Shown here: piece by piece, positions 22,545 through 35,984 of the stretch | Layout of the letters: each line of letters opens with the position of its first letter | How positions within the stretch are numbered: position 1 is the first letter of the stretch | DNA from: Zancudomyces culisetae HAW-14-8 | Taxonomy: Eukaryota; Fungi; Kickxellomycota | DNA length: 64,000 bases | Reading direction: 5' to 3' | Assembly (NCBI GenBank): GCA_052426225.1 | Contig: JBNJNM010000010.1 | Location: 806,001-870,000, forward strand | Program-made: the position numbers and the translations under genes | Notes under the pieces: generated by a model | Database searches by the model: none | Told to the model about the DNA's origin: nothing | The model's input: the letters and a program-made list of their open reading frames with translations, nothing else

Positions 22545-23675
22545 TCAATGAACCGCATTACCGCCCTTGTTAACGACTCCAGGGATGAAATTCGAGTGAT
22601 AACCTGGAAAAGGACCCATATGGAAACCTTTATCTAAATATCCAACGCTGTAATTAACCAATGTTGTTTTGTATGCATCTACGACATCTTGGCCAGAGTA
22701 ATAGCCACCGCCTGGCTTCCTTATGTAGACACCAGCTGGATTGTACTGAGCACAAGGCAGGGCTCCACACAAGGCTGCTTCCGAGGCTCTAATGTTTGCT
22801 GTGTTGTATCCGTAATCCAATACATTGTTGTTGTAAACTACTGGCTCCTTCTGAACCTTGAAGTAGTTGTTTGTGTCCGGACATGAAACGAACCGATTGC
22901 GTTTCAAGGTATAGTCGGTTTGTAAAGACGAGTCTTCACAAGATCCTGTTGATGGTACTGTTTGAATCCTCCTATCTGAATCATAAGTTTCGAATTGTGG
23001 TTGTCTGGAGGCATATAGAGCCTCATTCAAGTTCGCCCCACTGCGGCTTGCAGTTTCTACTGTATAATGGTCTTCTGATAGTACACTCAGTTCGAGTGAA
23101 TATAACACTGAATTTAAAAGCTCGACACAGCCAACCAAGCTGGATGATGAAAGTGCAAACACATTTCTAATTTGCAGTACCCAATCCGAATAAACCGAGG
23201 GTTCCACAAATAATTTATGATCTATCGCATTTAGAAACTCTCTTTGCATGGTGTTTAAATCTGCCAATGGAATCTTTGTTACATCGGACCACGACTTTGT
23301 TGTATATGTATTGTCCTCTAGGTATTTGCTTGACATTATCAGAGCGACCAAAAACACGTGTGCCTCGCTGCCCTTTCCCGGCTTTGCAAGAGGGTTACTT
23401 ATCCTGAACCTTCGTACATAATACAATGCCAATAAGATCGCAGAGATGGATGTTTGGGTATAGTTCAATACGTTCGAGCAAAAGTCCCTAAAAAAGACCA
23501 AATCGAGGGAAACATCGAGGTTCTTGAACCATACGAAGCTCATTATCCCACATATAAGATTCAGTTTTTTTTCGTTCATTAAATCTTCCTGTTTCATTGT
23601 TGATCTTTTATTTTTTTTTTGAGTGAATGAGTTAAAGATATCATTTAATCTGAGGCTCACAACATTTCCTTGCCA
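22545..23675 (-). CDS. Pho85-type (Pcl/Clg1-like) cyclin; start either ATG 23597 or a spliced ATG at 24841-24843
   Basis: Cyclin box TQTSISAILLALYYVRRF..VFLVALIMSSKYLEDNTYTTKSWSDV..DLNTMQREFLNAIDHKL. Confidence 0.88.
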   Translation of the reverse strand, partial: WQGNVVSLRLNDIFNSFTQKKNKRSTMKQEDLMNEKKLNLICGIMSFVWFKNLDVSLDLVFFRDFCSNVLNYTQTSISAILLALYYVRRFRISNPLAKPGKGSEAHVFLVALIMSSKYLEDNTYTTKSWSDVTKIPLADLNTMQREFLNAIDHKLFVEPSVYSDWVLQIRNVFALSSSSLVGCVELLNSVLYSLELSVLSEDHYTVETASRSGANLNEALYASRQPQFETYDSDRRIQTVPSTGSCEDSSLQTDYTLKRNRFVSCPDTNNYFKVQKEPVVYNNNVLDYGYNTANIRASEAALCGALPCAQYNPAGVYIRKPGGGYYSGQDVVDAYKTTLVNYSVGYLDKGFHMGPFPGYHSNFIPGVVNKGGNAVH

Positions 23676-26379
23676 CTAACTTTTTTTTATAAGTAAACTG
23701 GCTTTTCCAAGAGTTAGTTTAGCCTCTATATATATTTCTATTTTCAAAACTACTAGTTTTGAGTTTATATGGCATAAAAATGTTATATTTTGCCTATTCC
23801 TATTATTTTTATACTGCCTAATCTAAAACACTATTGATTCTTTTATACTTCATAATACTAAGAAAGAAAAGAAAAAATCAGTCCTATTCTACAATGCTTA
23901 TTTAAATTAATTGTCCATTTTTTCACTATGCTATATTTAATTCAAAGTTATATAATTTCCAGCTATTGATTATTTAAAATAATAAAAAATTTTCCAGCAA
24001 AGAATTTGACAAGTAATTCAAGGCTAAAATTAAAAATACAAACATTAAAATGATTGTTAAAAAAAAATCATCAGCGTTCCAGCTCTAGTTCCACTGCAAT
24101 TTAAACATTAGCGGAATTATTGACCTGGCTTTTTTTATGTAATTACTTTTTCTAAACTTATTTAATTTAATACACAAATTTGTAAATGGTTGTATTTAGA
24201 ATCTATTGGTGTTATGACATTATTGCGTTTTAGGAAATTATATTAAAAAGCCATTGCATATCAATTCATCAAAACGATTTTTGTATTCCACGTTCTATTC
24301 TATTCAGCCGGTATTTTCTGTGCGCTCCTTTTTTTGTTATGCAAATTGTTTTTGTTTAAGGTTGGGGTCAAATTAATCATATTTTTAAACAAACTAGAAT
24401 TGATAAGATGTTTGCGTTTTTTTTTATTCACAACGAAAACGGTTCGTTTAATTTATCGCTTTTTTAATAGCATGAATTTTTTCAATAGCCTTTGTTCTTT
24501 TTTTCTATTTTTCTGTATTTTGCAAAGTATAAGTTTTACATAAAACCGTTTTTGATTGACTAGAAATAAAATTAACAATTTTATTATTCTACAATATATG
24601 TGCATTTTGAAATCAAATAAACTGTTAGCTAGGATTTTCGACTTTTCAGTTTGCCTCAATTATATAAAGCAAATGTCAGCTAATTGGCTGTTCCAATTTG
24701 TAATTTGTTTTTTCAAAACTCCCAAACTCATTTGTAATCCTTTTGTCTATTTAGCTCCAGTTTCATTTCAGCATTGGAGAGACATGGCGGCTAGCACTTT
24801 TTCAATTTCAAATGTGCTCGTCTGCTGATTATACACTTACCATTTTTAATTGACACAAACAACCTGTTATTAATCTTGTTCTAGTTGGAAACAAGGCTGT
24901 GAAAAACGGTTCCAAATGCTGCTGTTCGTTTATTTTTTGTGCATGATTTTCCTCACATTTAATTAAGAACTTTTTAAGATTCCTAACGAATACGAATTGT
25001 TATTTTTCATTTTTGTGTCTATACGCAAAATAACCGCACAATCAATATTTACAGAAAAACAGATGCTAATCACTTTTCTTCCATTCAAAAGTGTTTGTTT
25101 TACTGGGATAAAACGGCTGCGCTTTTCTATTTTTGCCCCATTTTTTTCTGCATGTGGTCAAGTGTTTTTTTTTAAAATGAAATTGGAGAAAACAAGTGCT
25201 CTTATTCTATAATGTGAATGTGGGGAGAAGGCGATTCATTGTGGAAAACAATTGAACGAATTGGTGTAAAAACCTGTTAGTGGCTAAAAGTAATATCCGC
25301 TTTTCATTCCCAGAATCAAAATGTAGTTCGGTTTTATTTCTCTTGCTATACCCACATTCTTCACTTTCCTTTCCCCTTCTTTCCTCCCCCCCCTCTTCTG
25401 CAATATCATTTCTGGTTTTACTTGTTGTCCCAGGTAAACTCGTTCTTTCGTATGACATGAAATAACACCCCTTTGTCTTTCCTCACTTTTCTCTTCCACA
25501 CTTCTCCTTCAATACCACTTTCCCCAAACTGCGCACATTTAACACCGCCGCCCATGATCAGTGAGATTAGTTTTCAGCAAAACAACGATAATTACCAACG
25601 AATTACAATTTTGCAACACATGTGTGTTGTTTTTCTTTTTTGATCACTTGACAAGTCAATATACAAATCTTATAAATCAAGCAAATACGGTGATTCTAAT
25701 TTCGTGTAGCAATGATTTTCCCATTTAAAAACGCTGAATAGTGTTTTATCTTTGATTAGTAATTGTACAATAAAAAGAACCATCACCAACCCTTTACATT
25801 AAAATCATTTCAAATTATGCATCGAGTAATTTTATAAACAATCCCTTAATAGATACAAGTTGTCTTTCTTTTGTTAAACAAATTACATTTGGTTCACATA
25901 CTCTCCAGATTTACATTCTTTACGTTATCGTTTCTAAACAAACACAAATCCCACTTCACATTACACGCTCCTTTCCACAAAGAAAACTGAATTCCATCTA
26001 GCTAGGTCCGTATTTCCCTTTAACAGAAACATAAACATGTCTGAAAACCCATCCAGCATCTCACCAATCTTAAAATTCCATTTATTTCTTTATTGTTTTA
26101 GAAAAAATTAAATTAAATAATTACAAAAAAACTAATAGCTAATACTTTATCCAGCTTTGTAAATTAAATAAGGCTTTTAATTTTTGCGGAAAATCCTTAT
26201 TTTGGTGACAAAAATAACATGAAACCATCATTGTTAGCCATTATTATTTCTGGTTAAAAGATCTTTTCATCTGATCGTTTGGTTCGGCGATAAACGAGCT
26301 TTCTATGGTTGCTTTTATTGGATTCATTACCTATCCCGTTTATTCAGGATATTTACTCACCCATTCAATTCGTACTATT

Positions 26380-26515
26380 TGTTTCTTTATTCTTTTACTC
26401 TATTCTTTTACTCTATTCTTTTAATTTATTTATCCCTTTATTTCTTTATTTATTCCCTTTATTTCTTTATCTCTTGATTCTTTATTATTGATTCTTTATT
26501 TCTTGATTCTTTTTA
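26380..26515 (+). repeat. Pyrimidine-rich low-complexity tract (TTTATTC/TTGATTC units)
   Basis: Degenerate tandem units visible in the sequence. Confidence 0.7.
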
Positions 26516-29500
26516 CTAATTTACCCACTCATTCATCTCCATCTCTTGTTTGGGAACTTTTATTATAAAAAATAACTAATGCATCTATTAATAAACGTGA
26601 CTTGCAACGCAACCCATTCCTATTCATTTTTTCTTGAGGAAATCCCTAAGTTTTAACGAAAGACTGCCACTTTGTTGAAAAAATCAACAACATCCCCCCA
26701 CAAGTATTTGATTTTCACTTCCCTTGCACAAGGACACATTTTCTGCCACTTAATTTTGCCATTTTCAATCAACATCACCAAATATCAAATTCTTGACTCC
26801 CCTCTCCATCACACAATCGCCAATCTACCTCATCAATCCATTCAGTTCGCGCAAACTCTCTTTAGTTTCACCAGTTGTGTTTTAGAAGATTCCCAAACCA
26901 ATTCCAGCTTGGCATGGTATTAAATGTTTGTCGTATTTACGGAAGCTGGTTTATTACGCGAATATATAATGTAATTAACCTGCCTTCTTTCACGCATATT
27001 AGGATTTACCATTCACGTCTGTTTAGTCAAATTGGCAAATGCGATTTGTAAAACAAAAATACTGAGTGACTAGATTCCCAACTTCAGTATTAATTCTCAC
27101 ATAATCTCAATATATTTTATTATACCAAAATTTCCTCTTTTACTCAGACTAGGGAATTCAACGGTTCGTTATTGTCATTAGTTCACATTGTTAAATTTCG
27201 TATTGCTAATATTATTTATATCCCGCTAAATTTGCTTAAAGGGGAACCAAAAAATTCATGATGTTATTTGTGTATGTAATTCCATCAAAGGTATTACACA
27301 AGTTATTTTCCATTTAGGATCTGTTTTTGACACTATTTTTTTTTCTTTGCTGAAACGCCAATTATCCCTCGGTTATTCTCATTACCATCATTACAAAAAA
27401 ATATATAACATAATAAATCTTGATTACAAAAATCGTCAATATCCCCGTTCCCTCTTTCCTTGTTCATCCAGTAATTCTCGTCACGGATTCGTTGCATGAC
27501 CTGATTTTTTTTTTCACAAGAGCACAGGAGCACAGTTGTTATATAAAAATCCTAAAACAATTTTTCAATAATATTGGGTATAGTACAGCTACGTCTTATC
27601 ACACACATTGAAATTACACACCAAGCTAGTAATGGAGGAAAACTGCTAATCCAGCTTACCCAAATTTGAATGGAAACTTCCACATGGCACCTCCTTCCCA
27701 ATTTAGTGTGCGAAATATTCACCTGATTTTTCATCTGGAAACTATTTGTGCCATTGTTTCTTTTTGCCGCCCCCAACCCATGTAACAACTTACCAAAAAA
27801 AAATATATGTATGATTGTACCTCACCACATCATGTACTCTACTATCTCTACAGATTACGAATAGCAGCAAACTCGCTCACTCGCAACTTATGATCGCCCA
27901 GTTGATGAAAAATGAGAGTAAACAATTACAACACACAAGATATACGCAAATCTTTTCCTCATCAACTAAATCTCTACTTACTTGCAACTCTATCCAACTC
28001 CTCTTTTATTCAATACAGATGTCTATTTGTACCAACACTATAAAAAAAAATTGCAGAAAGTGCCATGAAGTTCAATATGTTGTTCTATTAATACTCTGCA
28101 TATAAACACCCCCAGTTGGTATTTTGAAAATCCTTTGATAGAAAGCCTGCTAATTAGGTATAACCCCGCATAAAAAGTTTTATCCTCCTCTATTCCTCCT
28201 CTCCTGTCTTCCTAAAATGAAATGAAATAAAAAGCAATATCTTAAACTATTTCCCCCCATTGTTGTTAATAAACAAGCTCGCTTATTACAAATCCATTTT
28301 GACACTTTGAGCTGACAACTCCTCCCATTTTCACATTTCCCAAAACTAGGCATTTTACACTTAATGGAAATTTTAAACTGAACTTGGTCCGGCAAATGAA
28401 AATTAAATAAAGTACATATATATTGTATTTATTTTCACCGAGAAATTTCGGAACCTCTGGCGTGTTAGTTGTTAACTTGCAAGAATTGGCTTCTAATTAT
28501 ATCACACCTCTTTTTAAATGTTGGATGTGTACATTTCGCAACTTAGTGTTAATTAGTTTTTTTACGTACTGGCAATTACTACAAATCGAATAGTAATTAC
28601 GTATCACACTTTGTTACATTTTTGTCTAACCAAAATCACCATTATAATTTCATCCCATTCCCATCAATGCTCAGGTAATTACAGTAATTACAACAATTAC
28701 AAATGAGATTGATATAGCACAAAACTTGTGCAATATCAACTCCAAACAAAGAAAATTAAGAAAAGGGGAGGGAAGAAGAGAAGATAAAAGTTGTGTTTTG
28801 AATTATCCAAAACCAAACATGTTCTACATCACTCCAACCCCATACAACTATGCTCCGTAGTCTGTTGTAAACAAATTAGCGCGTTTCTGAAATTCAGCTT
28901 TGCATAGAATTCCACTAAATTCTTATCAAACATTTTACAATATATGCTTTAATGCTGCTATTCCTGACAAAAGAACAAAATAAAAGAACTGTAAAAAAAA
29001 CGTGTACTCACACCCCAATGTTGTTTTCTGTTATAAGTTTGTCTCAAAACGTTATTTGCATCTATTTCACATCTCTCACTTCCCAACCTTCAATCAGTGT
29101 CACTGGGTACGATACTTTTATTTTTATTTTATCATAACTTGACAGATATCATTTCAATAATAAAAAATGACAAATTGTTTCTAAATATAACATACTACAT
29201 GGTTATACACACTAAATCTGTGCTAATGATGTTGACAAAAAGAGCTTTTAAAAACTTAGTTCTAAACCATCAGCAAAAGTATCTGTACTCGAGCCTTGTT
29301 CGCTGATGTTATCGAAGAAAATGAGGTTACATGTGTGAGTTTAGGAATGTTGAAAGCTGATTGCAAATGATTTGTGTTGCTTTGTGTTGCTTTGTGTTTA
29401 ATCGATAAACGCAAAACCTTTTCCCTTCCAGGTGTTTCATCTATTTTTCATGGTAACCACGTCTACAGTCCTAAAACTGCAAGGAGCCCTTCACATACAA

Positions 29501-29990
29501 TGGGTTTATCGGCAACACTACCAAAAACACACTAGACAGTAGCAACAATTAACTATTTCGCAAAAATACTAACAACTGTTGTCTTTAGTTGGTGGGGGTG
29601 GGGGGAGCTATTCATATTTGCTAGTGCGTAAATAACACCCGAAACCTAACAACCCGTACATTGGTTCAACATTCCGGAGTTGGTACGAAATTGCTCCAAC
29701 ACACTTGTAGAAAATTTTACTATTTCCAATTTATTTTTCTGGAGACAAACAAGAAGCACAAGAAACACTCATCAACAACACACCTGTACACCCTAAACAA
29801 TCGATTAATACTGAAGTCTAATTGTGCCAGAAGACTGCCTCACAATGCTAATTTTTTATTTGCTGAACAAATATTGTATTAAAACTACCAAATGGTTGCA
29901 TCAGAAAAAGCTAACTAAATAATTATGCTATTCAAATACCTAAACACATTTTTTAAAAAAAAAAATCAATTTCAAACATGATGGCGAGTA

Positions 29991-31433
29991 CTATTGGTTG
30001 TTTTTGTGCAATACGTTTCCGACTAGCTTAGAGGCCAATCCTTGCAACCCTTCAGAGTTATCATTGTTGTTCAGATTCAAGTTTCCTACCATACTTGCTA
30101 CTGAACTAACAATGTTTCCACCACCATTGTTGTCGTTAGTTTGGCGTTGGTTAGATGATAGTGCTGATCCCACTGCTGATGAGATGAGATTAGCCGCAAG
30201 GTTGTTGTTGTTACTGCCCTGGTTTTGGTTAGATGTTAGTGCTGATCCCACTGCTGACGATATAAGATTGGCTGCAAGATTATTATTATTATTTCCACTT
30301 CCACCGTTTTTGTTCATAATAGAGCCCAACAAACCTGTTGCTACTTTTCCTCCAATGTCGGCTAGTGGATTACTGCTGCTGCTATTGTTTCTGTTGTTGT
30401 TGCTGGTACTATCTGAACCTTCATTGTTGTTGTTGCTGCTATTGTTGTTGTTATCATAGCTACTGTTGTTTTTGTTATTGTTGCTGCTGCTGTTGTTATC
30501 ATAGCTACTGCTGTTGTTGTCATAGCTACTATTGTTGTTGTCATAGCTACTATTGTTGTTGTCATAGCTATTGTTGTTTTTGTTATTGTTGCTGCTGCTG
30601 TTGTTATCATAGCTACTGCTGTTGTTGTCATAGCTACTATTGTTGTTCTTATCATATCCACTGTTTTTGTTGTTGTCATAGCTACTGTTGTTGTTGTTGT
30701 TATCATAGCTGCTGTTGTTTTTGTTGTTGCTGTTACCATTATTATAGTTGTTTCTACCCTCATCAATGTTGCTACCATAGTTGGAATTGCTAGTAGAGTT
30801 ATACTTGCTTTCCTTCTCTTCATTATCACCATAGCTGGTTTTTTTGCTATTATAGATGCTACTATTGTTGTTATTGTTGTTGTAGCTATTGCCATAGCTG
30901 TTGTCATTGTTTTCATTATTGTTGTATCTGTCACTAGAGCTCTGGTTTGTTCTACTATTCCTCTCGTGTTCAGCAGCGTGTCTACCCTCCTTTCTACCAT
31001 GTCTTCCTTCATCTACGCTCTCTCCATACTCGCTCTTTCTGTTGCTTTTACTTGAGACATCGCCATAGCTATCGTTATCATTACTATTTTCATAGCTGTC
31101 ATTACCATCTTCATTGCTATTATAGCTGTTTCTACCCATGCTACCTCTAGCTTCTTTTCTATTGCTGCTGCTGTTATTGGTATATCTTTCTTCATTATCC
31201 CTATCATCATTTTGACGTCTTCCATCACTGACTTTTCCGGTGCTGCTAAAAGTATTACTTTCATTTCCATATCCCGAGCTTGCTGAGTTTTGGCTTGTGT
31301 ATGTATCATTATTGCCACTAGCCTCATTCATACCATAGCCCTGACCTCCCATCTTGTTATCCTGTGTGCTAGTGTATGTGTCTTCACCTACACTGTCGTT
31401 GTAAGAATCTTGATAGTTATCGTTGTCTGCCAT
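29991..31433 (-). CDS. Asn/Ser/Tyr-rich low-complexity orphan protein, 480 aa, intronless
   Basis: Long ORF with AAAAATG start context and upstream TATAAATA; SSYDNNN repeats; duplicated NNNNLAANLISSAVGSAL. Confidence 0.8.
   Translation of the reverse strand: MADNDNYQDSYNDSVGEDTYTSTQDNKMGGQGYGMNEASGNNDTYTSQNSASSGYGNESNTFSSTGKVSDGRRQNDDRDNEERYTNNSSSNRKEARGSMGRNSYNSNEDGNDSYENSNDNDSYGDVSSKSNRKSEYGESVDEGRHGRKEGRHAAEHERNSRTNQSSSDRYNNNENNDNSYGNSYNNNNNNSSIYNSKKTSYGDNEEKESKYNSTSNSNYGSNIDEGRNNYNNGNSNNKNNSSYDNNNNNSSYDNNKNSGYDKNNNSSYDNNSSSYDNNSSSNNNKNNNSYDNNNSSYDNNNSSYDNNSSSYDNNSSSNNNKNNSSYDNNNNSSNNNNEGSDSTSNNNRNNSSSSNPLADIGGKVATGLLGSIMNKNGGSGNNNNNLAANLISSAVGSALTSNQNQGSNNNNLAANLISSAVGSALSSNQRQTNDNNGGGNIVSSVASMVGNLNLNNNDNSEGLQGLASKLVGNVLHKNNQ
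30420..30730 (-). repeat. Tandem AGTAGCTATGA(C/T)AACAAC-type repeats encoding SSYDNNN
   Basis: About 8 imperfect units, with a higher-order duplication of the SSYDNNSSSYDNNSSSNNNKNN block. Confidence 0.9.
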
Positions 31434-31552
31434 TTTTGTTTACCTGTAACTTATCTGGTCACTTCCTTGGTGGCTAATGCTTGTATTTTTTTTTGTAGAA
31501 AAAAAACAATTGTCTTTGGTACAGTTCCACCATTCCCATTTTTACCTTCGAC

Positions 31553-31560
31553 TATTTATA
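31553..31560 (-). promoter_or_regulatory. TATA box (TATAAATA) of the Asn-rich gene
   Basis: Consensus TATA about 120 nt upstream of ATG 31433. Confidence 0.5.
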
Positions 31561-34496
31561 GAGTTTTTTTTCTTTTCGTTTCTCGCCTCTTTCATACAAC
31601 ACCTTTATTCTGACCATTTATTATGGTTCCTTTTTTGAACTGAATAAACTCACTAGCTTCAATCGAAAAAAAAACGGAATGTAGTTAATAAACTTTTTTA
31701 GGTTGGTTTTTTTGATCAGTTCAGATCATTTATCCAATTATTGTTAAATATGGATATTGTCGTGTCTATTAATATAGGTTTGTTCTGTTAGATATCATTG
31801 TGGATTTGTTATAGAATTCAGCTTTCCGATAATATTTTTATCCAGTTGATAATTTTCGCTAAATAATTGTTTTCAACTGACTAAAAAACCTTTCAGTTTT
31901 AGGAATTTACGATCATTCATGAGACTCACAAAATTAGGATTTGCTAATGAAAAAATTCTAAACGTTTTAAATTTAGAACTAAATCGAATAAATGGTGTAA
32001 ACTAAGCAATGTAATATTGTATTACAGTTCTTTTCTACCAAATGTCCTATAAAATTCTAAGCATTTGACATCACATTCATACCGGATAGCTACATTATTT
32101 AAATGAATTTCCTTTCAAGCCGAAATTTGGCAAGTTTTGCTCATACACAATTCCGTTTTTACACTTTACCATGCAGAAATTTCTTTACAGTTGCAGCATT
32201 AATACATATCTAAATACCATGCTTGGACAAAACATTTTGCTCTCGGGTGACCTTTTTTTTCAGAAAAAGAATTGAGTAAATATAAAATGCAAGGTGATAT
32301 GAAACTTTTTATATGGTGAGTCCAGGTTGATCGTCTATTTCTATAAATTTTGCAATTCCGTGTTTGTGTATACTTGTGTATGTACCCTTGTAATATAGCA
32401 TCAAATAAGCAATTACTAAATGTAAATATTTGCATGGCTGTATTGTTACTACTTTAACGGTAATATATTTAGCATTTGCTAGCCGCACTTTTTCGAATTA
32501 CTAAAGGAAACGAGTATAAAAAGGTCTTTACAATGCTATTTTTATGTGCAAAAGTCAAGATATATACCATACCAATACGTGCTTGAATAAAATACCAAGA
32601 AAAACAATCGTGGTATTACATTAGACACCTCAAGGAATTTTAGGTTTCAATTCTAGTTATACTTTTCTATTTATATCTGAAATGTATAATGCTTATTTTC
32701 CTGGGAACACCAAGGAGTAGCAATATAAAGATGTAACTACACTTGTATAGAAACTTCAAGTGAACCAAATTAAATCTATTCACAATATTCACAGTATATA
32801 CTTTGTGAATAACATGATACTCGAATGTGTCTTTGATTAATAAATACTTGACGTTTTTTAATATAATATAAGTAGAGTAGAGGTATATATGACAAAACTA
32901 TGTAGTTGTATCATAATAAAGTGCGCTGGATATAATACTAAACACATTAAATCAACACATCTTTTAGATACACTTCGTTTTTTAAATACATAATGACTAC
33001 ATATATATGGTTATAAACTGAAATGAGTATTTCATACATAACACAAACAAAAAGAAAAAAGAATTGAGGGATTACAAAATATAATGGTCCATCCACTAAC
33101 AATAAAAATGTATAACATTAAAAAATCCCGAGTATGTGTAAGCAAATTTAGAATATATAAATTAGCAAGACCTGATCTTGGGATGAATGATATTACTATC
33201 TTTTAATTAAAGAGTATAGGAAACCTGATATATAGCTGGTTTTCCGCATTTGGTTGTTGGTACTGAAACATAATTCCCACTGTACTCTTAATTACCTGAT
33301 TTGACAAGTGTTTTATCTTTATTTAATTTATATTTTAGAACATATAATGTTTATTTTGAAAAGTTCCTTCAAAACAAACCACAAGCGATAAGCAGAGTTC
33401 GTTTTATAGTGACATATGCGGCCTTTTGTACATAGGTGTTTTATGTTGCGAATATAAGGATGAAAAGGAAGTGCCATTGTGCATAAAACAGCTAATCTCC
33501 GGAAATGTCAGGAATAAGTAAAGTCAAATTGCTACCTTAGCTATAGTCCAAAACTGCATCTATTCCACTTGTAGGGCATTGGCTGGAAAAGGTATCTCTG
33601 AAAATGAGCCATATCTTTTTATTTTATTTTTGGGAACAAAGGACATAATAGTTTGTAACCTAGATATGCTATTGGTGTAGCAATAAAGATAAGGTCGGTG
33701 TTGGGCTAATTACAATTCTAACTTGACGGGCTTTTTCAAACAAATTGAAAAAGTAGATCCAAAAAGAAAAACGTGCAAATTCTTTATCTCAAGATAAAAC
33801 TATTAAAAGGATGGGGGGGAGGAGGAGTAGAAGGAGTAGAAAGAATGGGCCAGGGAGGGGCGGGTGAGATATTGTTTCGTACTGTGTTTTTCTCGTATTC
33901 GAAAATTTTTTCTGTTAATCAAATTATTTTGATTATAGATTTAACAAATACTACAACGAAAAAAAAAACTGTAGAAAAGAGTACCAAAAAATATTTATCT
34001 AACCAATCCCCTCCTTTCCGTCCTTTAACAATGCTTCATATCTACTGGGAGATAGTTCAAGGTCATTAAATTAAATAGTACAGAGATTACTAAAAAAAAT
34101 TTTCACTGATGAACATGGCTAAAAAATAAATAAATAAATAAAGGAAATGGAAAATGGATAGGCCATCTTTAACGATAATTGGCTGTACCAAAATGGATGA
34201 GATTGAAATAATAGCTTTAATGTGTTAATTTCTCACATGTAAAACGACTGGAAATGAAAAAAAATCGTAATGGTAAAGTAGGTGACAGAGGGCATTGTCC
34301 AGGCATTTCGTTGTGAAAAGCATTGTTTAATAGCGTTTGGGCTCACACTGACGGGAGAAAAAAAATATTTTCTAAAACTTTGTTTATTTTTTTTTGTAGT
34401 ATCTTTTTGTTTTATTTATTTTAGTACTTGGATTATATTTTACTTTGGTTTTGGACCAGATAAGCGACAAGAAAAACGAATAAGGGTATTGACAAA

Positions 34497-35984
34497 ATGT
34501 TTAAGACAGCTTTTAGAAGTATCCCAAGATCTCTGATTTCAAAGGTAAATTTCGGATATGTTTTGAGTAATGTTCTAGAATCGGTAACATCCGTAGTCTG
34601 ATTGAACCACACTAAAAACACTTGGATTTTTCAAATAGAACTTGCAAATCAGAAAATTCAGCGTTCACGAATTTCAGGCAGTAAAGATATTCGAGGATAA
34701 CGGTGTAGGTGCTCCAAGAGGCATTGTTGCTGGTACACCAGAAGAAGCATTCCAAGCAGCCAAAACTCTAGGTATGCATGAAATCATTATTCAAAATTAT
34801 ATTCATTCCGTAAACTAATAAGCAAAGGAAAGGGGGGAGACTATTATAGTAAAAAAAAAGTTTGAGCGGTATGTTAAAAGAATAGCTATTTCAAATGTAA
34901 AATAGACAAGGATGGCAAGGGTGTAGTGGTAAAGGCACAGGTTTATGCAGGAGGAAGAGGAAAGGGTACTTTTGATAACGGTTTTAAGGGGGGAGTCAAA
35001 GTGGCGAGTTCAGCTGAAGAGGCAAGAGATATAGCATCAAAGATGATTGGGGCTAAGCTTATTACAAAACAAACTGGAGCAGCAGGCAAACCATGTAACA
35101 AAGTGTTTATAGCCGAAAAGGTGAAACTTACACATGAATATTACTTTGCAGTGTTGCTTGATAGAGCATCCGCAGGAATAGTGTTAGTAGCAAGCAGAGA
35201 AGGTGGAATGGATATTGAAGGAGTAGCAAAGAGAGATCCTAATGCTATTATTAAGGTTCCAGTAAGCATCGAAGGAGGGCTAACAAAAGAAACTGTTGAA
35301 AAGCTCGTATCAGACCTAGGATTCAAGGCCGAAAACAAGGAGAAGGCAGTCGAAATAATAACCAGATTGTACAATCTCTTTGTTTCAACAGATGCAACTC
35401 AAGTAGAGATAAATCCACTGGCAGAAACCGAAGACGGTCGCGTACTATGCATGGACGCCAAACTTAACTTTGACGATAATGCCGCCTTTAGACATCAGGA
35501 TCTGAAGAACTTGGATGACGAATCACAACACGACGCCCGTGAAGCTCGTGCCAAACAGTGGGATTTGAACTACGTAGGACTCGATGGAAACATTGGATGT
35601 TTGGTCAATGGTGCTGGGCTGGCTATGGCAACCATGGATCTTATCAAACTATGCGGTGGCGAACCTGCAAACTTTTTGGACTTGGGAGGCGGTGCTAATG
35701 CAAAGGCTATTGGAGAGGCCTTTAAGATTATTACTCAGGATCCTAAAGTCAAGGCCATCTTTGTCAATATTTTCGGCGGTATAGTCCACTGCGATGTTGT
35801 TGCTGAAGGTATTGTCGAGGCTGCCAAGAAGCTAGATATGAAGGTTCCAATTGTTGCCAGAATTAAAGGCACCAATGTTGAGCGTGGCCAACAGATCCTG
35901 CGGGATTCAGGAATTGCAATCTACCCAATTGATGATCTGAGCCAAGCTGCCATCAAGGCTGTTGAGCTATCCGCCTCCCAATAA
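34497..35984 (+). CDS. LSC2: Succinyl-CoA ligase beta subunit, mitochondrial; exons 34497-34544, 34639-34771, 34906-35984
   Basis: SVHEFQA, VKAQVYAGGRGKG, TQVEINPL, DAKLNFDDNA, GCLVNGAGLAMATMD, PANFLDLGG, NIFGGI. Confidence 0.96.

Noticed and set aside
30338-30793. Extremely Cys-rich plus-strand ORF that looks metallothionein-like
   Set aside because: Antisense shadow of the (AAC)n repeats of the Asn-rich gene. The Thr-rich and Leu-rich ORFs here are alternative-frame shadows too.
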